In this document: positions 35,281 to 45,097 of the stretch, one piece after another | How positions within the stretch are numbered: the stretch's first letter is position 1 | Layout: each line of letters starts with the position of its first letter | Virus record (IMG/VR): IMGVR_UViG_3300044825_001220 | Coordinates: 1-58,161 of that record | DNA from: a virus | Taxonomy: Duplodnaviria; Caudoviricetes | Length of the DNA: 58,161 nucleotides | Reading direction: 5' to 3' (one strand) | Translations under genes and position numbers: made by a program | Notes under the pieces: model-generated | The model's input: the letters and a program-made list of their open reading frames with translations, nothing else | The model's database searches: none | Told to the model about the DNA's origin: nothing

Positions 35281-35524
35281 ACAGATTAAAGAAAACGCCC
35301 GCAAACGATTCATGTGGGCTGGATCACTCCGACAGCGTGGGCTCACGTACGCGGAGATCGGGAGAGTGCTTGGCGTTGGAACAGAGCGGGCGAGGCAGTT
35401 GGTGCTGAACTTTGAGCGGGACTGCACCCGGACAGCGCGTTGGGGTGGGTTGAAGCCACACGAATACATGGCGCTGAAGCCGCTTCAGGATTGGTTGGAT
35501 TTTTTAACGAAGGAAAGTAAATGA
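35267..35524 (+). CDS. HTH protein (sigma region 4-like)
   Basis: GLTYAEIGRVLGVGTERARQL. Confidence 0.75.
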   Translation: MATAKQIKENARKRFMWAGSLRQRGLTYAEIGRVLGVGTERARQLVLNFERDCTRTARWGGLKPHEYMALKPLQDWLDFLTKESK

Positions 35525-36192
35525 GCAACATCACTTGGTCTTACAGCAACCTGAGCCTGTACCAGCAGTGCCCGAAGAAATACTTTCACCTCAAGGTAGC
35601 CAAGGATGTGAAGGAGCCGCCGAGTGACGCGCTCACATTCGGCAATGAGATTCACAAGATTGCGCAGGAATACATTGAGAGCGACAAACCCATTCCGGAG
35701 AAGTTCAAGCAGGAGATGCAAGCACCGCTGGACCGCCTCAAGGCGATCCCCGGGCAGAAGCTGTGCGAGAACAAGCTGGGGCTCACCGCAGACTTCAAGC
35801 CCTGCGGGTTCTTTGACCGCAACGTGTGGTGGCGCGGCATCGCTGACATCATCATCTTGCAGGACGACAAGGCGTTCACCGTGGACTACAAGACCGGCAA
35901 GTCGTCCAAGTACGCTGACTTGAAGCAGCTTGAGATTCTGTCTCTTGCGATCTTCAAGCACTTCCCTAATGTTAAGAAAGTCAAAGCGGGCTTGATGTTC
36001 TTGTTCGCTGAAGACTTCGTAAGAACCGAGTACCTTGCGGAACAGCAGAGTGATCTGTGGGTTTCGTGGGTAGCGGACGTTGGGCAACTGGAGGCATCCG
36101 TACAGAGCAAGGTATGGAACCCCAAACCCAACTTTACCTGCCGGGGCTACTGCCCGGTGACATCATGTGACCACAACCAAGGAGCTAAGTAA
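35521..36192 (+). CDS. PD-(D/E)XK exonuclease (Cas4/RecB-like)
   Basis: WSYS, CPKKY, GIAD, DYKTG, C-terminal CxxxCPxxxC. Confidence 0.85.
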   Translation: MSNITWSYSNLSLYQQCPKKYFHLKVAKDVKEPPSDALTFGNEIHKIAQEYIESDKPIPEKFKQEMQAPLDRLKAIPGQKLCENKLGLTADFKPCGFFDRNVWWRGIADIIILQDDKAFTVDYKTGKSSKYADLKQLEILSLAIFKHFPNVKKVKAGLMFLFAEDFVRTEYLAEQQSDLWVSWVADVGQLEASVQSKVWNPKPNFTCRGYCPVTSCDHNQGAK

Positions 36193-36677
36193 TGAAAACT
36201 GCAAAATCCAAAACCAAAGCGTATCGTATTCGTCGCTATGAGCACAGCCACCCCGGCGCTACGGCAAAAGAAGTCGCCAAGGCGCTGGGCGTCACCGAGG
36301 CGTACGTGTACGTTGTCCGGTCCAAGGAACGCAAGTCGATCAAGAAGGAAGCGGCGCAGCTAAAGACGTTGACGCTGCCTAAGCCAACCAGCAACACGGC
36401 TTTCACCCACATGTGGGTGGACCCGAACAAGATGGGTGAACACGCTCAAGCTGAATTGTCAAGGAGACTTGGAGCCGACGATCCGGTCAATCACCCGGCC
36501 CACTACAAGGTCGGTGGTATCGAGACCATCGACTTCATTGAGGCCAAGAAGCTGAACTACAACATGGGCAATGCGGTGAAGTACATCGCCCGTGCTGACC
36601 ACAAGAGCAACCGCAAGCAAGACCTAGAGAAGGCGGTGTGGTATCTCAACCGTGAAATCAGCGGCATGGGGGTGTGA
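36192..36677 (+). CDS. HTH + DUF3310 (T7 gp1.7-like nucleotide kinase) protein
   Basis: TAKEVAKALGV; DPVNHPAHY...IETID...GNAVKY...DLEKAVWYL. Confidence 0.8.
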   Translation: MKTAKSKTKAYRIRRYEHSHPGATAKEVAKALGVTEAYVYVVRSKERKSIKKEAAQLKTLTLPKPTSNTAFTHMWVDPNKMGEHAQAELSRRLGADDPVNHPAHYKVGGIETIDFIEAKKLNYNMGNAVKYIARADHKSNRKQDLEKAVWYLNREISGMGV

Positions 36678-36678
36678 C

Positions 36679-36861
36679 ATGGACGCAAAGAGAACTGATC
36701 CGTGGATACCTATTGGCCATCCCGACTTCGTGTGGACATCGGGTGCTGATGTGCAGGCCACATGGCGCAAGTACGGGTGGACCCCGCCAAGCGAGAAGCG
36801 GCCCCCGGTTGTGGTGGAGAACAGAGAGCCTGAGTGGGTGGCGATGAGGCGGGTTAAATGA
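36679..36861 (+). CDS. Hypothetical protein
   Basis: DVQATWRKYGWTPPSE. Confidence 0.6.
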   Translation: MDAKRTDPWIPIGHPDFVWTSGADVQATWRKYGWTPPSEKRPPVVVENREPEWVAMRRVK

Positions 36862-37064
36862 AGGCCATCCTTGAGTTCACGTATCCCGAAGACGAAGACA
36901 AGCTGCGCCATGCAATGCACGGTGACACCGCCATCTATGCGCTCGATGATATGCGGCAGATGATCCACTCATGGGAGAAGCACGATGGCACCAACCCAGG
37001 CGCTATGGTCGAGCGACTCAAGCTGCGGTTGGTTGAAGCGTTAACAGCCTGTGGGGAGGACTGA
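36858..37064 (+). CDS. Hypothetical protein
   Basis: MKAILEF.YPED; ATGA/TAA coupling. Confidence 0.65.
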   Translation: MKAILEFTYPEDEDKLRHAMHGDTAIYALDDMRQMIHSWEKHDGTNPGAMVERLKLRLVEALTACGED

Positions 37065-37253
37065 ATGGCTAAGCCCCGCACTGAGGCTAAGCGCATTACG
37101 CTGCCCGTGTCGCCAGACATCGACAAGATCAGAGATCGACTGGAGCGCGACACGGGTGTGCGTATGACGTACACCCAGACCTTTAACTTCCTCGTGCATT
37201 TCTATGTTGAACGGGCGAACGAACCGAAAAGCAGATGGAGGTCGTTGGAATGA
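37065..37253 (+). CDS. RHH-like small protein
   Basis: KRITLPV strand followed by two helices. Confidence 0.55.
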   Translation: MAKPRTEAKRITLPVSPDIDKIRDRLERDTGVRMTYTQTFNFLVHFYVERANEPKSRWRSLE

Positions 37254-37477
37254 GCATCACCGCAATGCGTCAGGCGTTGGAAGCGCTGTATATGGCAAAT
37301 GCTCGTGAGTGGCCTGAAAACAAAATTGGCGCAGCGATAAACGCGTTGAGCGCCGCCATCGCAGAGGCTGAGAAGCAGGAGCCAGTTAAACGCACCGTTA
37401 TGTACAGACCCGCAGACTTGGAATCACTTGACCTGACGCATGAGGATGTTGTGAAGCTGATCAAGGAGCAATCATGA
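37250..37477 (+). CDS. Hypothetical protein
   Basis: MSITAMRQALEAL...AEKQEPV. Confidence 0.6.
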   Translation: MSITAMRQALEALYMANAREWPENKIGAAINALSAAIAEAEKQEPVKRTVMYRPADLESLDLTHEDVVKLIKEQS

Positions 37478-37665
37478 AAGAAGACATCATCAAGATGGCG
37501 CAAGAAGCTGGTTGGGAGATGGGCGACGATCTGTCTGACGGTTTTGGTGTGAGGCTTGAACGTTTCGCCGCCCTTGTCGCAGACCGCTGCGCCAAGATCG
37601 CATACGAGGCCGAGCCGTGGCATTCTGCTGATCTGATCCGCAAAGCTTTTGGAGTAGAGAAATGA
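37474..37665 (+). CDS. Hypothetical protein
   Basis: DIIKMAQEAG...LERFAALV. Confidence 0.65.
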   Translation: MKEDIIKMAQEAGWEMGDDLSDGFGVRLERFAALVADRCAKIAYEAEPWHSADLIRKAFGVEK

Positions 37666-37874
37666 CCGACAAAGGAGCCAATCTCAATCTTTTACGCCGA
37701 GCATGGGACGCACTGGATTCGTTCAAGCAGGCATACCCAGAGAATTGGCACGAAGAAGATCAGGCGGTTTTGGATGACTTGATCAAGGCCGACAACGCAA
37801 TACAACGGGCGCAAACAGAAACTCCCACGCTGATGAGCCACGTGTGGATAGAACAACTGTGGAGGAACAAATGA
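37662..37874 (+). CDS. Hypothetical protein
   Basis: ATGA coupling. Confidence 0.6.
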   Translation: MTDKGANLNLLRRAWDALDSFKQAYPENWHEEDQAVLDDLIKADNAIQRAQTETPTLMSHVWIEQLWRNK

Positions 37875-38071
37875 TTGACCCAAACAAACTGCAATACATG
37901 ACGATGGCAGCACGACTGCGCGGATACGCGGAGGGCCTACTGGAGGGTTATCAGGGTGAGGCCCGGCATGGAACTCTGGCCAATACATTGAACAAGGCGG
38001 CAGACCTTCTGGAGGCAGTGTGGGCTGAACACACCCAGCAAGAGGATGAGAAGTTTGGAGGTACAGATTGA
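37871..38071 (+). CDS. Hypothetical protein
   Basis: SD GGAGG; MIDPNKLQ. Confidence 0.6.
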   Translation: MIDPNKLQYMTMAARLRGYAEGLLEGYQGEARHGTLANTLNKAADLLEAVWAEHTQQEDEKFGGTD

Positions 38072-38262
38072 AGTGCGAACTGTGCGGAGCCCCAAGTGAT
38101 GTCAAACAAACCAAACACATCGACGGTGTCCCCATCAGACGCCGCATCTGCTACAACGAGCACAGCTTCAACACCAAAGAAGTTGCGATCAGCGAACCTA
38201 AACCAAAGCGAAAACTTCGCACGAAGCTGGCCATTCCAGAGAGTAGACCCAAGACTGCTTGA
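38068..38262 (+). CDS. Zinc-ribbon protein (NrdR N-terminus-like)
   Basis: MKCELCG...RRRICYNEHSFNTKE. Confidence 0.65.
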   Translation: MKCELCGAPSDVKQTKHIDGVPIRRRICYNEHSFNTKEVAISEPKPKRKLRTKLAIPESRPKTA

Positions 38263-38319
38263 ACGGGCGCATCGGCAAGCAACCAAACCCCAACCCCATC
38301 CCTTTGAGGAAGCCCCATT

Positions 38320-38619
38320 TTGAGCACCCTAATTGACTACGCCAGCCCAATGATGCAGATTGAAAAAAGGCTGAAGGAAATGCACAATGAACTGCTGAGT
38401 CGAGACTTCGACAAAGCGCAGGAAAGCGCAGTGATGCTGATCACAGATGCGCGACTGCTATGCAACACGCTACTGCTTATGAAGGAGCAACAAAATGCCT
38501 TACGTGAACAAACCACGCCCGTACAAGAAAGAGTACCAGCAACAGATTCAGCGCGGGGAAATACCCGACAAGCTGGAACGCCAGCGGGCAAGGCGGGCGA
38601 TGGACAAGCGCGGCGTTGA
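38320..38619 (+). CDS. Hypothetical protein
   Basis: IDYASPMMQIEKRLK; 3' part overlaps next gene. Confidence 0.5.
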   Translation: MSTLIDYASPMMQIEKRLKEMHNELLSRDFDKAQESAVMLITDARLLCNTLLLMKEQQNALREQTTPVQERVPATDSARGNTRQAGTPAGKAGDGQARR

Positions 38620-38749
38620 TCGTAACGGGAAGGACGTAGCCCACGTCAAGGCGCTGAGCAAAGGCGGGTCGAACAAGGACGGAGTTCAATTGCAGGCTCC
38701 CTCCAAGAACCGATCCTTCAAACGAAACTCTGATGGTTCAATGAAGTAA
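38495..38749 (+). CDS. Small HNH-like protein
   Basis: GKDVAHVKALSKGGSN...NRS; SD AAGGAG. Confidence 0.7.
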   Translation: MPYVNKPRPYKKEYQQQIQRGEIPDKLERQRARRAMDKRGVDRNGKDVAHVKALSKGGSNKDGVQLQAPSKNRSFKRNSDGSMK

Positions 38750-40317
38750 TGCAAATCCTTGCCAATGAAACGCTGGTCATACAGACCCGTTTTCCCGCAC
38801 GTATCGTAGAGACGCTCCCAGAGAGCAAGGTCGTCAACAACTACGGGGACGGGCGGTATGAAGTGGCCGTGCGCTGGGGGCTTCAGGAGGCCATCACACT
38901 CAGCAGGCTCAACCTGAAGAACGTGCCGTCTACCATCAAACGCGACTACAAGTGGCCGCGCCCGCTGGGGTTGGAGCCGTTCGACCACCAGAAAGAAACA
39001 GCGTCGTTCCTCTCGTTGAGGCGTCGCGCTTTCTGTTTCAACGAACAAGGCACGGGGAAGACCGCCTCGGTCATCTGGGCAGCGGACTACCTGATGAAGA
39101 TGGGCGTCATCAAACGGGTGCTCATCATCTGCCCGTTGTCGATCATGCAGTCCGCGTGGCAGCAAGACCTGTTCAAGTTCGCCGTGCATCGCACAGTCGA
39201 TGTGGCGTATGGCACCGCAGACAAGCGCAACAAGATCGCTAACGGGGCGGCTGAGTTCATAGTCATCAACTATGACGGCGTGCCCGCGATTGCAGACTCA
39301 ATACTCAATAACAACCTGTTCGATCTGGTGGTGATCGACGAGGCCAACGCCTACAAGAACGCACAGACCAAACGCTGGAAGTTGATGCGCAAGCTGGTGC
39401 GGGACGATACGTGGCTGTGGATGCTTACCGGCACGCCCGCCGCTCAGTCTCCGCTCGATGCGTACGGGTTAGGACGACTGTGCGTACCGGCGCGGGCACC
39501 GCGTTTCCTGGGGGACTATCGTGAGTCTGTGATGCAGCAGGTTTCCGCGTTCCGCTGGGAGCCGAGGCCAGAGGCAGAGAAGATCGTGTTCGAGATGTTG
39601 CAGCCCGCGATCCGATACACGAAGGCAGAGTGCCTGGACCTGCCCGACGTGACTCACGTAACCCGGATGGCACCCATGTCAACCGAGCAGCGAAAGTACT
39701 ACAAAGAGTTGAAGGACCAACTCCTGCTGGAGAGCAACGGGGAGGAGGTCAGCGCGGTCAACGCAGCAGCCAAGATGAACAAGCTGTTGCAGATTTCTGG
39801 TGGCGCGGTCTACACAGACACCGGGGCAGTCATTCACTTCGATGTGACAGACCGGATGCGGATCGTGGAGGAGGTCATCGACGAAGCGAGTCACAAAGTC
39901 CTCGTGTTCGTACCATTCAGGCATACGATTGATATGCTGTCGGATCACCTGACCCGCGCTGGCATCGTCAACGATGTGATCCATGGCGATGTCCCGGCCC
40001 GCAAACGCACCGAGTTGTTCAAGCAGTTTCAGGAGCAGCCCAATCCACGGGTGCTGGTGATTCAGCCGTCAGCCGCTGCACACGGGGTAACCCTGACCGC
40101 TGCCAACGTTGTAATCTGGTACGCTCCTGTTACGTCCACCGAGACGTACCTTCAGGCCAACGCCCGGATAAACCGGCCCGGCCAACGCAACCCGATGACT
40201 GTTGTCCACATTCAAGGCAGCCCCGTTGAGAACCGGCTGTACTCGATGTTGCAGGGCAACATCAACACACACGAGAAGCTCGTCGATCTCTACAAAAAAG
40301 TTGTGGCCGAGGCTTGA
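38749..40317 (+). CDS. SNF2-family helicase
   Basis: EQGTGKT, VIDEA, LTGTP, HGVTLT, QANARINR. Confidence 0.9.
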   Translation: MQILANETLVIQTRFPARIVETLPESKVVNNYGDGRYEVAVRWGLQEAITLSRLNLKNVPSTIKRDYKWPRPLGLEPFDHQKETASFLSLRRRAFCFNEQGTGKTASVIWAADYLMKMGVIKRVLIICPLSIMQSAWQQDLFKFAVHRTVDVAYGTADKRNKIANGAAEFIVINYDGVPAIADSILNNNLFDLVVIDEANAYKNAQTKRWKLMRKLVRDDTWLWMLTGTPAAQSPLDAYGLGRLCVPARAPRFLGDYRESVMQQVSAFRWEPRPEAEKIVFEMLQPAIRYTKAECLDLPDVTHVTRMAPMSTEQRKYYKELKDQLLLESNGEEVSAVNAAAKMNKLLQISGGAVYTDTGAVIHFDVTDRMRIVEEVIDEASHKVLVFVPFRHTIDMLSDHLTRAGIVNDVIHGDVPARKRTELFKQFQEQPNPRVLVIQPSAAAHGVTLTAANVVIWYAPVTSTETYLQANARINRPGQRNPMTVVHIQGSPVENRLYSMLQGNINTHEKLVDLYKKVVAEA

Positions 40318-40341
40318 CAAAGTCTAGATTGCCGCTACAAT
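40314..40341 (+). promoter_or_regulatory. sigma70 promoter
   Basis: TTGACA-16 bp-TACAAT. Confidence 0.65.
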
Positions 40342-40368
40342 ACAAGTCCCTTCAACCAAGGAGCAACT

Positions 40369-40767
40369 ATGACAGACATGGACGAGATGTCCCAGCAGTA
40401 CCTTCGACTTCGTCAGAAGCGTGAACTGCTCAAGGAACGATATACCACAGAAGACGGCGCACTTGAGAAAGAGATGGCCGTGATCGAAGAGCAATTGCTC
40501 AACACCCTCAATGAATCGAACAGCAACAGCATGAGCACCAACTCTGCCGTGATCATGCGTTCGGTGCGTAAGCGGTACATGCCCACGAACTGGGACGCTG
40601 TGTACAAGCTGATCGAAAAGCACAAGGCGTTTGCCCTGCTTGAGAAGCGCATCCACAACGGCAACATGAAAGATTTTCTCGAAGAGCATCCCGACGAGTA
40701 CCCTGCCGGGCTCAATGTTGACAGTCGCTACGCGGTGACGGTACGCCGCAAAAACCAAGGAGAATGA
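40369..40767 (+). CDS. Replication-module hypothetical protein
   Basis: N-terminal coiled coil, NWD...LLEKRI...PAGLN. Confidence 0.75.
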   Translation: MTDMDEMSQQYLRLRQKRELLKERYTTEDGALEKEMAVIEEQLLNTLNESNSNSMSTNSAVIMRSVRKRYMPTNWDAVYKLIEKHKAFALLEKRIHNGNMKDFLEEHPDEYPAGLNVDSRYAVTVRRKNQGE

Positions 40768-40768
40768 G

Positions 40769-41668
40769 ATGACCAACCAAGTACAGACCTTCAAAGAAAA
40801 ACTGCCCGCGCATTTGCAGCGCGTTCAACTGGACGACTTCACCAAGGCGTTCACATCCTCTGGCGGTTCCGTCAAACGCATCTCGCTTCGTGGGCGCGTG
40901 TTCCGTATGGTCGATGGCGGCAAAGAGATCGCCAAGAACAAAGAACTGCACCTCGATGTGATTGTTGTGAATGGCTCCACGACTGTGCAGAAGACGTATC
41001 ACGCCAAGTCCTACGACCCGGACGAGACTTCGACTCCCGACTGCTGGTCCAGCAATGGTGAGCGGCCCGACCCCGAGGTAGAGGACCCGCAGTCTTCCAA
41101 CTGCAAGGAATGCCCGAAAGCCATCAAAGGCTCGGCGGGCGGCACCAAGACTTCGTGCCGGTTTTCCCAGCGTATCGCTGTCGTGCTGGCCAACAACCCC
41201 GGCGGCGACGTGTTCCAACTGGTGATCCCGTCGAAGTCTTTGTTCGGCGCGGGCGACATGGAGCACATGCCCTTCCTTCAGTACGCTCGCTATGTCGGCA
41301 ACTCGGGCTTCAACCTCAACATGCTGACCACACGTCTGATGTTCGACACGGACAGCGATGTGCCCAAGCTGTTCTTCAGCAACGTCGAGTTCCTCGATGT
41401 GGACACGCACAATCTGGTCATCGAACAGGGTCAGACCGCTGCGGCAGTCAACGCTGGCAAGCTCTCGTTTAAGAAGAAGGGTGAGACCGCTGCAAGCACT
41501 GAGATGCCCAAGCTCGTGGCACCGGCTGGGTCGGCTGCGGCCAAGGTCAAAGCAGAAGAAGCAGCAGCCAAGCCCGCTGCCAAGCCTAAGGCTGCGGAAC
41601 CCGCGCCCGCACCAGCCAAGGACACGGGGCTGAGCACCCTTGTCGATGAATGGGGTGACGACCAATGA
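40769..41668 (+). CDS. Putative ssDNA-binding protein
   Basis: PDCWS...C..CP...C; Ala/Lys linker and acidic-aromatic tail VDEWGDDQ. Confidence 0.6.
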   Translation: MTNQVQTFKEKLPAHLQRVQLDDFTKAFTSSGGSVKRISLRGRVFRMVDGGKEIAKNKELHLDVIVVNGSTTVQKTYHAKSYDPDETSTPDCWSSNGERPDPEVEDPQSSNCKECPKAIKGSAGGTKTSCRFSQRIAVVLANNPGGDVFQLVIPSKSLFGAGDMEHMPFLQYARYVGNSGFNLNMLTTRLMFDTDSDVPKLFFSNVEFLDVDTHNLVIEQGQTAAAVNAGKLSFKKKGETAASTEMPKLVAPAGSAAAKVKAEEAAAKPAAKPKAAEPAPAPAKDTGLSTLVDEWGDDQ

Positions 41669-41886
41669 TTGGCTATACGCTGTATATGCAGCAGGTCAAC
41701 AAGTCCGCCGATACCAAGAGGCTCGGTGTGAAGTTGGGACGCCACTGCATCAAGAACAGTTTGTCCGTGGCTGCGCTGGCCAAGGAGTTCGGTGTGAGCC
41801 GTCAGACCATCTACAACTGGTTTTCCGGTAAGACTGAACCCACAAAGCAGCACACTCCACGGATCAAAGAAATTCTTGGTTTGTAA
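41665..41886 (+). CDS. XRE/Cro-like HTH protein
   Basis: SVAALAKEFGVSRQTIYNWFSG. Confidence 0.85.
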   Translation: MIGYTLYMQQVNKSADTKRLGVKLGRHCIKNSLSVAALAKEFGVSRQTIYNWFSGKTEPTKQHTPRIKEILGL

Positions 41887-41975
41887 AAGTTTGGGGGTGG
41901 CTAGTTCGACGGAACGAACGGGGCGTCCGTCAGCCCCTGCCACCCTCCATTTATTTGACGTGCAGATAGGCAATC

Positions 41976-44825
41976 ATGGCGGACATTGATTTGCTACAGA
42001 AGGTCGTACCACAAGTTGACGGGTGGTACTGCGTTCTTGGATTGTTTCAAGGCGAGATTCGCTCCCAGAAATTCTTCAAGACGCTCGATGAGGTGCGTGA
42101 ACGAGCCGATGAGTTGGTGGCGTTCAAACAAGACGCGTTTTTTGCGCTCGGTAAATTTGAGACGAACGAGAACAGGACGGCACGCAACTGCAAGATGTTG
42201 CAGTCGTTCTTTCTCGACATCGACTGCGGGCCGACCAAGGCCGCTCCTGATAAGAACGGGCGGGTCAAGGGCTACATTGATCAGCAGGCGGGCATGGCTG
42301 CGCTCAAGCAACTATGCGCTGCGCTCAAGCTACCCAAGCCAACCATCGTCAACTCCGGGCGTGGCTGGCATGTCTACTGGCCGCTGACCGAGCCGGTGGA
42401 GCGGGAGACGTGGCTCGATGCCGCGCACACGTTCAAGAGCCGGTGTCTGGAGAATGGCTTTCACATCGACCCCGATGTGCCAGCCGATGCTGCCCGTGTG
42501 CTTCGCGTACCCGGCACCAAGAACTTCAAGGACGACCCGGCGCATGACGTTGTGGTGATGCACGAAGCTACGGCCATCAGCTTCGATGCCTTCGTGGCCA
42601 AGATTGGTCCGCTGGTTCCACGCAAACCCACATTCCAACCCAAGCCGCTGGACGACTTCACGCGGGCCTTGATGGGGAACAAACAATCTCGGTTTAGGAC
42701 CATCTTGGAGAAGACGGCCAACGGCACGGGCTGTGAGCAACTGCGGTACATCATCCTAAATCAAGACAAGGCCGAGGAGCCGATGTGGCGGGCAGGGCTG
42801 TCCATCGCTCAGCACTGTGTGGACCGGGACAAAGCCATCCACATCATCTCCAACAAGCACCCGGACTACACCCCCGCTGCCACGGAAAAGAAAGCCAGCC
42901 AGATCAAAGGCCCCTACACCTGCGAAACCTTCGACAACTTCTCGCCCGGCGTGTGCGACACCTGCCCCCATCACGGCAAGATCAAATCGCCAATCGTGCT
43001 TGGAAACGAAGTAGCTAGATCAGAGCCCGGAGAGGTAATTGAAGAGGCTAATTTTGCGGAGGCTCAACCCGAGTTTGTAGTACCAAAGCTCCCATATAAG
43101 TACTTTAGGGGCAAGAACGGTGGTATCTACAAGACCGTCGCACAAGGGGAGAAAGACGACGAGGGCAATGAGATCGAGGGGGAGTCATCCGTACTGCTGA
43201 TTTACGAGTACGACCTGTTCATCATCAAGCGTTTGTACGACCCGTCCTACGGCGAGACCGTCTTGATTCGTTTGTCGCTACCCAAGGACAAGGTCAAGGA
43301 GTTCTCCCTCACGCTCGTGGACGCCTTGAGCAAAGACGAACTGCGCAAGGCGCTTTCGTTCCGTGGAGTTATTGCGCTGCCCGCGCAAATGAATTTGATC
43401 CTGACGTACTTGGTGGCTTGCGCCAAGGAACTTCAGGTTACACAGGAGTTGGAAATGATGCGTTTGCAGTTTGGCTGGGCCGATGCAGACAGCCGCTTTA
43501 TCTTGGGGGACCGGGAAATTGGCCCTGCCTTCGTGCGGTACAGCCCGCCATCCAAGGCCACCCGCGAAGTTGCCGCTGCGCTGCGCCCCATGGGCACCCT
43601 CGATGAGTGGAAACGAATCGTCAATGTGTACAACATGCCGGGGTTTGAGCCCCACGCTTTTGCCGTTTTCTCCGCGTTCGGGGCCCCGCTGCTGAAGTTC
43701 CTGGGGGTTAAGGGTGGCATCATCAACCTGATCAACAACCGTTCTGGCACCGGTAAGTCCACGATTTTGCAAGTCATGAACAGCGTCTGGGGGCACCCGG
43801 ATGAGTTGATGCTTCAGTGGCGTGACACGCTTAACGTCAAGCTGCACCGCATGGCGGTCATGAACAACCTGCCGCTGGGTGTGGATGAGATCACCAAGAT
43901 GAGCGGGGACGACTTCTCTGATCTGGCCTACAGCGTGACACAGGGGGCTCCACGCCGCCGCATGAAAGCATCCGCCAACGAGGAGCGGGAAGCGCAGGGC
44001 TACTGGGCCACCACGATGGTGTGTACATCCAACTCGTCCATGACGGACAAGCTGGAGGCGCTCAAGGCCACGTCCGAGGGCGAGCTTATGCGGCTGATGC
44101 AGTACAAGATTGAGCCGACCGGCAACCTTGAGCGGGATGAGGCCAAGCGGATTTTCAGCCGGTTGCACAGCAACTATGGGGTGGCCGCGCAGCCGTACGC
44201 TCAGTTCCTCGTGCAGAACCTTGAAGAAGTGATCGAGCAGATGATGAAGGTGCAGCACCGCTTTGACGCGGCGGCGGGCATCGAGAGCCGTGAGCGGTTC
44301 TGGTCAGCCATGGTGGCCTCCAACATCTTCGGCGGTATGGTGGCCAAGAAGCTGGGTATCCACGACATCGACTGCAAGCGCGTGTTCGACTGGGTGGTGG
44401 AAGAAGTGAAGGTGATGCAGAGTTCTATCAAACTCTCGTTTGAAGACTACGCCACCATCCTCGGTGAGTTCTTGCTGCACCACAACACGAACATTCTAGT
44501 GGTGAACAAGCGCAGCACGTCCAAGAACAATGTGGCGGCTGCACCCATTCTCACGCCCAGAGGATCACTGCTGATCCGGTACGAACCTGATACTAAACGC
44601 CTATTTATCATCAGGCAAGTACTGAAAGAGTATTGCGTTTCCAAGCAGGTGACGTTCATTGAGATGCTGGCCGCGCTCAACAAAACTGGTGCGTTCATCG
44701 GGGAGGCCCGGACCCGGTTGGACGTGGGCACGGAAATCAACGCGCCTCCGGTGGTTGCCCTTGAGTTTGACGCGGACCTACTAGGGATTTCCCCTACGAT
44801 CTCAACTCAGGGCGATGAGAGTTGA
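41976..44825 (+). CDS. Primase-helicase (AEP/RepB-like primase, DUF927, P-loop)
   Basis: FLDID, SGRGWHVYW, RVLRVPGT; CxxCPH; SGTGKS and VDE. Confidence 0.85.
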   Translation: MADIDLLQKVVPQVDGWYCVLGLFQGEIRSQKFFKTLDEVRERADELVAFKQDAFFALGKFETNENRTARNCKMLQSFFLDIDCGPTKAAPDKNGRVKGYIDQQAGMAALKQLCAALKLPKPTIVNSGRGWHVYWPLTEPVERETWLDAAHTFKSRCLENGFHIDPDVPADAARVLRVPGTKNFKDDPAHDVVVMHEATAISFDAFVAKIGPLVPRKPTFQPKPLDDFTRALMGNKQSRFRTILEKTANGTGCEQLRYIILNQDKAEEPMWRAGLSIAQHCVDRDKAIHIISNKHPDYTPAATEKKASQIKGPYTCETFDNFSPGVCDTCPHHGKIKSPIVLGNEVARSEPGEVIEEANFAEAQPEFVVPKLPYKYFRGKNGGIYKTVAQGEKDDEGNEIEGESSVLLIYEYDLFIIKRLYDPSYGETVLIRLSLPKDKVKEFSLTLVDALSKDELRKALSFRGVIALPAQMNLILTYLVACAKELQVTQELEMMRLQFGWADADSRFILGDREIGPAFVRYSPPSKATREVAAALRPMGTLDEWKRIVNVYNMPGFEPHAFAVFSAFGAPLLKFLGVKGGIINLINNRSGTGKSTILQVMNSVWGHPDELMLQWRDTLNVKLHRMAVMNNLPLGVDEITKMSGDDFSDLAYSVTQGAPRRRMKASANEEREAQGYWATTMVCTSNSSMTDKLEALKATSEGELMRLMQYKIEPTGNLERDEAKRIFSRLHSNYGVAAQPYAQFLVQNLEEVIEQMMKVQHRFDAAAGIESRERFWSAMVASNIFGGMVAKKLGIHDIDCKRVFDWVVEEVKVMQSSIKLSFEDYATILGEFLLHHNTNILVVNKRSTSKNNVAAAPILTPRGSLLIRYEPDTKRLFIIRQVLKEYCVSKQVTFIEMLAALNKTGAFIGEARTRLDVGTEINAPPVVALEFDADLLGISPTISTQGDES

Positions 44826-45033
44826 TGGGGTAGAGTACGTCATCGACTGGGAGAACTTCACGGTAGGGAGTTCTTTTTTCTTGCCGTGCCTGCGGGACGA
44901 AGAAGGGCGGCAACGCATCGAGCAGAAGATGAACCGACTGGGGTTCAAGGTGCTCATCAAGGTCGTCATCGAAGACGGTATCCGAGGCTTGCGGGTCTGG
45001 AGAGTGCCCAAGTACAATGAACCCGTTGGCTAA
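44815..45033 (+). CDS. Hypothetical protein
   Basis: GSSFFLPC...GLRVWR. Confidence 0.7.
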   Translation: MRVDGVEYVIDWENFTVGSSFFLPCLRDEEGRQRIEQKMNRLGFKVLIKVVIEDGIRGLRVWRVPKYNEPVG

Positions 45034-45069
45034 TGCAGTTGCCAACTTCTCCTTGGTTGGAAGAATTTC

Positions 45070-45097
45070 GCCCCGCCGTAACTGGCGGGGCTTTTTT
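45070..45097 (+). terminator. Terminator at convergence of the two arms
   Basis: GCCCCGCCG taac TGGCGGGGC + 6 T. Confidence 0.8.

Noticed and set aside
35521-36192. Cas4-like nuclease as CRISPR component
   Set aside because: Standalone exonuclease in a replication module with no cas neighbours
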